Source of the DNA: Candidatus Berkelbacteria bacterium
Lineage (GTDB): Bacteria; Patescibacteriota; UBA1384; UBA12157
Direction: 5' to 3'
Assembly: GCA_037127955.1 (NCBI GenBank)
Contig: JBAXXI010000002.1
Location: forward strand, 8,377 to 72,376
Length of the DNA: 64,000 nucleotides
Positions 59,630 through 64,000 of this stretch are shown here, one piece after another (the first letter of the stretch is position 1; each line of letters starts with the position of its first letter). The translations under genes and the position numbers were made by a program. The notes below the pieces were generated by a model. The model saw nothing but the letters and a program-made list of their open reading frames with translations, did not search any database and was not told where the DNA came from.

Positions 59630-60198
59630 AACTTGATTTGAGGCAAATTTAAAGTTCCGGAAATAAAGGCTGGAGCCAAGGAAATAAGGTATAAAGCCAA
59701 AGAAATAAATATACCATAAAGTAAAACTCTAATTGACCAGTTCAAATAATATTTGCGTGGCACATTGGAAAAACTAGTTAAATTATAGGTTTCCAAAATA
59801 TAAGCACTATAAATTTTTGTCTCGTCGCCCATAGTTTCTAGAATTTCTTTTTTATAAGCTTCTTCAGATTTACTATCAATCTGATGATGATAAAAAAGAC
59901 TTTCTTTTTGACCTTTTTTGCTGACAAAATGACTTGGTTTTAAAGCCATTAAGGCAAATAACATCGAGATCACGATGGCCGCCAAAGCCGCTACAAAGAA
60001 AACACTATTAGCCCACTCAGCCTTAAAATTACTGGCAAAAAACACAATCAAAGCCGAGTTAAAACCAATCATAATGTTGGTTCTTAAATCGAGCATATTG
60101 CGAATTTCGACCTGTTTATTTAATAAATCGGACACAAACGTAATTCGCTCAAGCGCGCCAAATTCGCCATCCCATTTAATTTCTTCTTTAGTTTCCAT
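59626..60198 (-). CDS. hypothetical 3-TM membrane protein (190 aa)
   Basis: TM pair after a roughly 45-aa N-terminal region, plus a third C-terminal TM. RBS AAAGAGGG. Confidence 0.45.
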   Translation of the reverse strand: METKEEIKWDGEFGALERITFVSDLLNKQVEIRNMLDLRTNIMIGFNSALIVFFASNFKAEWANSVFFVAALAAIVISMLFALMALKPSHFVSKKGQKESLFYHHQIDSKSEEAYKKEILETMGDETKIYSAYILETYNLTSFSNVPRKYYLNWSIRVLLYGIFISLALYLISLAPAFISGTLNLPQIKF

Positions 60199-60820
60199 AA
60201 ACCCTCTTTTTATATTATTTAATACTATCGTAACATATTTTTAATCGCGATAATATCAATCGCCAAATAAATTGTACAAAAAAAGCGCAAATCGATGTAT
60301 CGGCCCAATACTTATTTTAAAATTCAAGACCAATCGTTGCGCTTATATTTTTTGTTAGACCTAGAGATCATTCCAATCTTCCTCTAAAAAAGAAAATTAG
60401 AAAGTGGTCTAAAACCACCAGGTTGATAAAATCCCTCTCCTTTTTTAAGTGCTTGACTAACCTCCAGAAGGAAGCTAACCACGATTTATTTACTAAGGGA
60501 TTGTTTATATTGTATCGCGATTTCAATCGTTTGTCAAGGGTTAAACCTTATAGTTTTTAAAAGAAAATGTTATTTTTCAAAATATTTTTACATTTATATG
60601 GTTCAATTTTTAATATTTATAAAATCTAGGATTTTGTTTAAATTTTAGGCCTGGAAATTTGTGATTTTTTATACCTCTAAAATAGCTCGCCGGTTTTTTA
60701 ATAATTCTCTAAATGGAACGTTAGCCTTATACTTCCAACATCGCCTGGCCGAGTCACGGCCACCCCTCCAAAACAGCAAGAGTACATTTTTATTATACAT
60801 GTTTTTAAAAAATTTATACA

Positions 60821-60850
60821 AAAAATCCCGCGTAATTAAACGCGGGATTA
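60821..60850 (-). terminator. rho-independent terminator after the MBL-hydrolase gene
   Basis: On the minus strand: ATCCCGCG-TTTAATTA-CGCGGGAT followed by T6. Confidence 0.65.
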
Positions 60851-60854
60851 ATTT

Positions 60855-61718
60855 TTAAATAGGAAGTTTCATCCCATCATAAGCAATCTCAATATTGAGA
60901 CAAGTTTTACGAACCATTTTACACAAATCAGCATGATTTCCGTCATTAGCCCGGTGTCTGGTACCATCGATATGAGTCAAAATCGTCTGTTTAGGCCTGG
61001 TTAATTTGATAATTTCCAGATTTTCTTCAAAACTAACATGGTCGTGCCAAGGGTGCTTTTTTGGTAACTTGGCGCGAATTTTCTGAGTATCACCCGGCCA
61101 ACCCAGCTCCATAATCAAGTAATCCAAATCATTATAATAAGCATCAAGGGTTAGACCAAAGATTGAACATGGCGCGTACATAATGCGCTTGTTATTCACC
61201 TCAGTCAAAAACCCATAGCGATCACGATCTGCACGATTGAAATTAACTGGCGTGACCGTGACTTTTTCAAGCTTGATTGGCAACCGATCATCAACTTCGC
61301 GAATCACGGCCCAACCCATTTTTACAAAATACCAAAGTGTCGGACACCATCTCTCGAAATCATTATCTCCATATTCATCTACTCTGGTTTCAGGTAACCA
61401 AATATTAATCGGACTTTTGCGCTGCTCATGAGCATAAACATGATTAATGTTTTCGATAATGCGCATGCCTTGAGTGTGGTCTGGGTGCCAATGAGTAAAA
61501 AAAATATGTTTCAACTCTTTAATACCTTCTCTTTCAAATTGAAAACGAATTTCCTCTGGCGTATCGAAAAGTATGCCACCATCTTCAGGAATATACATAC
61601 TTGGGCCGGTTCGGGCATAAGGAATGCCTTCGTCGCGAGCTTGCTCGCAATTTACACAACGACAAAGCGCCCGTGGAAACGGCAATGCTCCACCGGAGCC
61701 TAAAATATTAATGTTCAT
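60855..61718 (-). CDS. MBL-fold metallo-hydrolase, PhnP/PqqB-like phosphodiesterase family
   Basis: ILGSGGALPFPRALCRCVNC (N-terminal Cys cluster as in PhnP/PqqB) and HWHPDHTQG (HxHxDH). Confidence 0.65.
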   Translation of the reverse strand: MNINILGSGGALPFPRALCRCVNCEQARDEGIPYARTGPSMYIPEDGGILFDTPEEIRFQFEREGIKELKHIFFTHWHPDHTQGMRIIENINHVYAHEQRKSPINIWLPETRVDEYGDNDFERWCPTLWYFVKMGWAVIREVDDRLPIKLEKVTVTPVNFNRADRDRYGFLTEVNNKRIMYAPCSIFGLTLDAYYNDLDYLIMELGWPGDTQKIRAKLPKKHPWHDHVSFEENLEIIKLTRPKQTILTHIDGTRHRANDGNHADLCKMVRKTCLNIEIAYDGMKLPI

Positions 61719-61869
61719 AGAAATCCCCCTTTTTTTCGTTTTCTAAACGACAGTTTATTAAACATCTAAAACTAAACTGTGTCAAGAGGTGACCTGATTA
61801 CATCTTGACTTTAACCGATTTTTGCCATACAATACACCTAGTTAATCGCACCTTTGAAGGAGAAAAAAT

Positions 61870-62247
61870 ATGACAAATACTATTTGTCCAAAATGTGGCC
61901 ACGAATTGACCGGTAACGGCAAAAATTGCATTGACTGTAATACCAGAGACGGACACGAGACGATCCGAGATACTTTGAAAACTCAGTTTAACAGTTTTTT
62001 CCACGAGCGTCACAAGTCAGACTGTCGCTCCTACGCCTTAACCTCGGTTTTAATCAGCTTGATCATTTTGGCGATTGTTTCATTCATTTTGACCTATCTA
62101 ATCCCGTCTATAATAGCTTTAGTGAACAATTTAGGCTGGAAAGCGGGAATTATTGCGCCTTGCCTTAGTATAATTGTCTATTTCTTGGCTTTTTACTACA
62201 AAAAGAATGCCCTTCGCAAGGAATTTATCGATTCGAATTTCAAGTAA
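61870..62247 (+). CDS. zinc-ribbon plus 3-TM hypothetical protein (125 aa)
   Basis: CPKCGHEL…CIDC N-terminus. RBS AAGGAGA. Terminator downstream. Confidence 0.45.
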   Translation: MTNTICPKCGHELTGNGKNCIDCNTRDGHETIRDTLKTQFNSFFHERHKSDCRSYALTSVLISLIILAIVSFILTYLIPSIIALVNNLGWKAGIIAPCLSIIVYFLAFYYKKNALRKEFIDSNFK

Positions 62248-62283
62248 TCTTAACCCATTAACTCGCAATCACTTGCGGGTTTT

Positions 62284-63366
62284 TTATTTATCAATTTTTC
62301 CAATCTCCACAATCCTGGCGGTTTTTTGTAATGATTTTTCAATATGGTCGAGATCGGTGGTGGTAATAATTGTTTGTTGACCAGACATAATTTTGGCTAA
62401 ATGCATGCGCCGATCATGGTCGAGTTCAGAAAAAATATCATCTAAAAGTAAAATGGGGCGTTGACCAAGTTTTTCAGACATAAACTCAAGCTCGGCCATT
62501 TTAAGCGCCACCAAAGCCGTGCGATACTCGCCGCGGGAAGCAAAAGTAGTGATATCTCGCCCATCCAACAAAAATACCAAATCGTCTCGGTGCGGGCCAT
62601 GACTAGTAGTGTTTTGACTAATATCACGATCGCGATCAATAGTTAAAATATCCATAAATCGATCTTCTTCCACTGAGGCTTTATAGGAAAGTTTTAAAGT
62701 TTCCTTTTGGCCACTAATTTCCGAATAAGCCTTGTCCAAAGTTTGATTGAAAAATTTAATAACACTTGTCCGTTGAGCAATAATAGCTCTACCTGCCTCC
62801 ACTAATTTTTGATCCCAAAACTCTAATTCATCTGGTTTACCCCGACGCAAACTAATCATTTGTAGTAATTTGTTTCGCTCTTTTAGAACTTTATTAAAAC
62901 TGAGTAAATTTAGGGCATATTTTTTGTCGATTTGAGAAAGCATGACGTCTAAAAACTTGCGTCTTAAGCCTGGCGCGCCATCTAAAATTTCCAGTGATTC
63001 TGGACTAAAAAGCACGGCTGGCAAAATTCCGAGTAGATCAATCAGGCGCTTTTTAGTACTGTTTACTTTGAGAATCTTTGGTTGCGGTCTATCTTTAGTT
63101 GGAATTTTTTGCAAAACCAAATCGATTTTTACAGATTTATCCCCACTTACCTCAGCTTCAATTTTAGCAAAATCATTTTCCCAGTTAATCGACTCAGCAT
63201 CTCGGTTTGTCCGCCAACTTCGGCCGGTCGATATAAGCCAAACCGCCTCTAAAACATTAGTCTTTCCCCTGCCATTTGGCCCAATAAATATGGTCACATC
63301 ACTAAAATCAAACTCGTTGCTCAACCAGTTTCGAAAATTAGTAAGTTTTATAGATTTAATAATCAT
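62284..63366 (-). CDS. recF: DNA replication and repair protein RecF
   Basis: IIKSIKLTNFRNW…FIGPNGRGKTNVLEAV Walker A and a C-terminal signature region; 360 aa. Confidence 0.92.
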   Translation of the reverse strand: MIIKSIKLTNFRNWLSNEFDFSDVTIFIGPNGRGKTNVLEAVWLISTGRSWRTNRDAESINWENDFAKIEAEVSGDKSVKIDLVLQKIPTKDRPQPKILKVNSTKKRLIDLLGILPAVLFSPESLEILDGAPGLRRKFLDVMLSQIDKKYALNLLSFNKVLKERNKLLQMISLRRGKPDELEFWDQKLVEAGRAIIAQRTSVIKFFNQTLDKAYSEISGQKETLKLSYKASVEEDRFMDILTIDRDRDISQNTTSHGPHRDDLVFLLDGRDITTFASRGEYRTALVALKMAELEFMSEKLGQRPILLLDDIFSELDHDRRMHLAKIMSGQQTIITTTDLDHIEKSLQKTARIVEIGKIDK

Positions 63367-63407
63367 AATACAGATCTAAAATCATGATGCAGATTTAGTA
63401 ATCATAA

Positions 63408-63505
63408 TGTCGAATAACAAAATCCGAATGTCGAACAAAATACTAAATTAATAAATCTCCAATTAGACGTTTTATTCGTCATTTGAAATTCGGATTTCGG
63501 ATTTA
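63408..63505. mobile_element. MITE-like repeat copy D (ORF-less) between dnaN and recF
   Basis: …AAAATCCGAATGTCGAACAAAATACTAAATTAATAAATCTCCAATTAGACGTTTTATTCGTCATTTGAAATTCGGATTTCGGATTT. Right TIR is perfect. Confidence 0.7.
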
Positions 63506-63507
63506 AC

Positions 63508-64000
63508 CTACTCGTCAATGCGTAACGGCATGATCACATATAAATAGTTTTTATCTTTATTACCACGGATCACCCCGGCCGCCATATTGTTAAGTAAGTC
63601 CAACGTAATTCTTTCTGAACCAATGACAGCTAAACAGTCCAAAATAAATTTAGCATTAAACGCTACTTCAAGTGAATCCCCTTTTACCACACCGGTAACT
63701 GTCGAGATATTATCGCCAACATGGCTCGATGTCGCCAAAACCTCAACCTTATCAGGCGCTGTAATTCGAAGTTTAATATTATTAGCTGATTCTCGGGCAA
63801 ACAAACTAGCCATTTTAATCGCATTATTAAACTCAGCTGTCGCCACCTCCATAGTGGTTTTACTTTCTTTTGGAATAATTTGAGCATAATCAGGAAAAGT
63901 TCCCTCGATCAATCGTGAAACTAAAATCGTATCTTCCATCACAAATTCGACTTGATTCTCCCCTGGTAGCACTCTCACCTTTTCCCCGGCGCTTGAAAGA
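63508..64000 (-). CDS. dnaN: DNA polymerase III beta sliding clamp, C-terminal part (partial; N-terminus beyond right edge)
   Basis: C-terminal domain sequence …GDSLEVAFNAKFILDCL…YVIMPLRIDE. Lies upstream of recF in the canonical dnaN-recF order. Confidence 0.9.
   Translation of the reverse strand, partial: LSSAGEKVRVLPGENQVEFVMEDTILVSRLIEGTFPDYAQIIPKESKTTMEVATAEFNNAIKMASLFARESANNIKLRITAPDKVEVLATSSHVGDNISTVTGVVKGDSLEVAFNAKFILDCLAVIGSERITLDLLNNMAAGVIRGNKDKNYLYVIMPLRIDE

Noticed and set aside
60440-60480. SRP-RNA-like AGAAGGAAGC motif
   Set aside because: Flanking sequence does not provide the complementary strand needed for the SRP domain IV helix; likely chance similarity.
60661-60858. 65-aa plus-strand ORF in the AT-rich gap
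   Set aside because: No RBS, overlaps the MBL-gene terminator, composition typical of random AT-rich frame.

Overview
This 64-kb window reads like a compact, AT-rich bacterial chromosome region with short intergenic spacers, near-consensus sigma70 promoters and many clean rho-independent terminators. From gene content the best guess is a Candidate Phyla Radiation / Patescibacteria-like organism with the standard genetic code. The gene-content pointers are a MurE plus FemAB peptidoglycan pair, stand-alone GIY-YIG nuclease genes, an Avd-like four-helix-bundle gene, a truncated ValS, Gram-positive-style T4SS parts and a split/standalone 5'-3' exonuclease (FEN). This is an inference; nothing here can be confirmed without database searches.

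Housekeeping genes I could recognise:
- A partial FtsK N-terminus, RNase J, a family-4 uracil-DNA glycosylase, PNPase, and ribosomal proteins S15 and S20.
- NrnA-like DHH phosphoesterase, signal peptidase I, DNA polymerase III delta, a 5'-3' exonuclease, MurE, a FemAB-family transferase, TsaD, ValS and MetK.
- MetK carries a SAM-I riboswitch leader.
- A complete F1Fo ATP synthase operon (atpBEFHAGDC), plus DUF721, RecF and a partial DnaN.

Interleaved with these are two loci that look like pieces of a Gram-positive-type type IV secretion system.
- About 28.4–33.2 kb: a secreted Thr-rich protein, a VirB6/TrbL-like polytopic membrane protein with a roughly 500-aa charged repetitive tail, and an acidic partner protein.
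- About 49.5–59.3 kb: a PrgI/VirB3-like protein, a VirB4 N-terminal-domain-like ORF, a VirB4 ATPase with a P/Q-rich N-terminus, a VirB1-like SLT plus peptidase hydrolase, a PD40 propeller, small membrane proteins and an 850-aa protein with an extreme Glu-rich region.
- A separate 646-aa surface protein at 18.3–20.2 kb has a VirB2/TrbC-pilin-like double-transmembrane C-terminus.

The most unusual signals are the repeat families.
- A roughly 100–130-bp element with terminal inverted repeats occurs four times. One copy carries a four-helix-bundle gene (23S-rRNA intervening-sequence / Avd-like); the other three are ORF-less miniature derivatives.
- A family of hairpin elements built from tandem heptamers (GTTTCCA/GTTCACA, AAGTTTA and TAAGACT types) sits in intergenic spacers, including two inside the atp operon. 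Three copies are inserted in frame inside tsaD, in the way Rickettsia palindromic elements behave.
- One GIY-YIG gene is bracketed by a 24-bp inverted repeat whose core motif also appears as a promoter element elsewhere.

Other oddities: a FabZ-like double-hotdog plus FabH pair, an antisense ORF and an extra small membrane ORF inside the atp operon, palindromic -35 boxes serving divergent promoters, and a roughly 650-bp AT-rich non-coding gap next to a PhnP/PqqB-like MBL hydrolase. I found no rRNA, tRNA or CRISPR array by eye.
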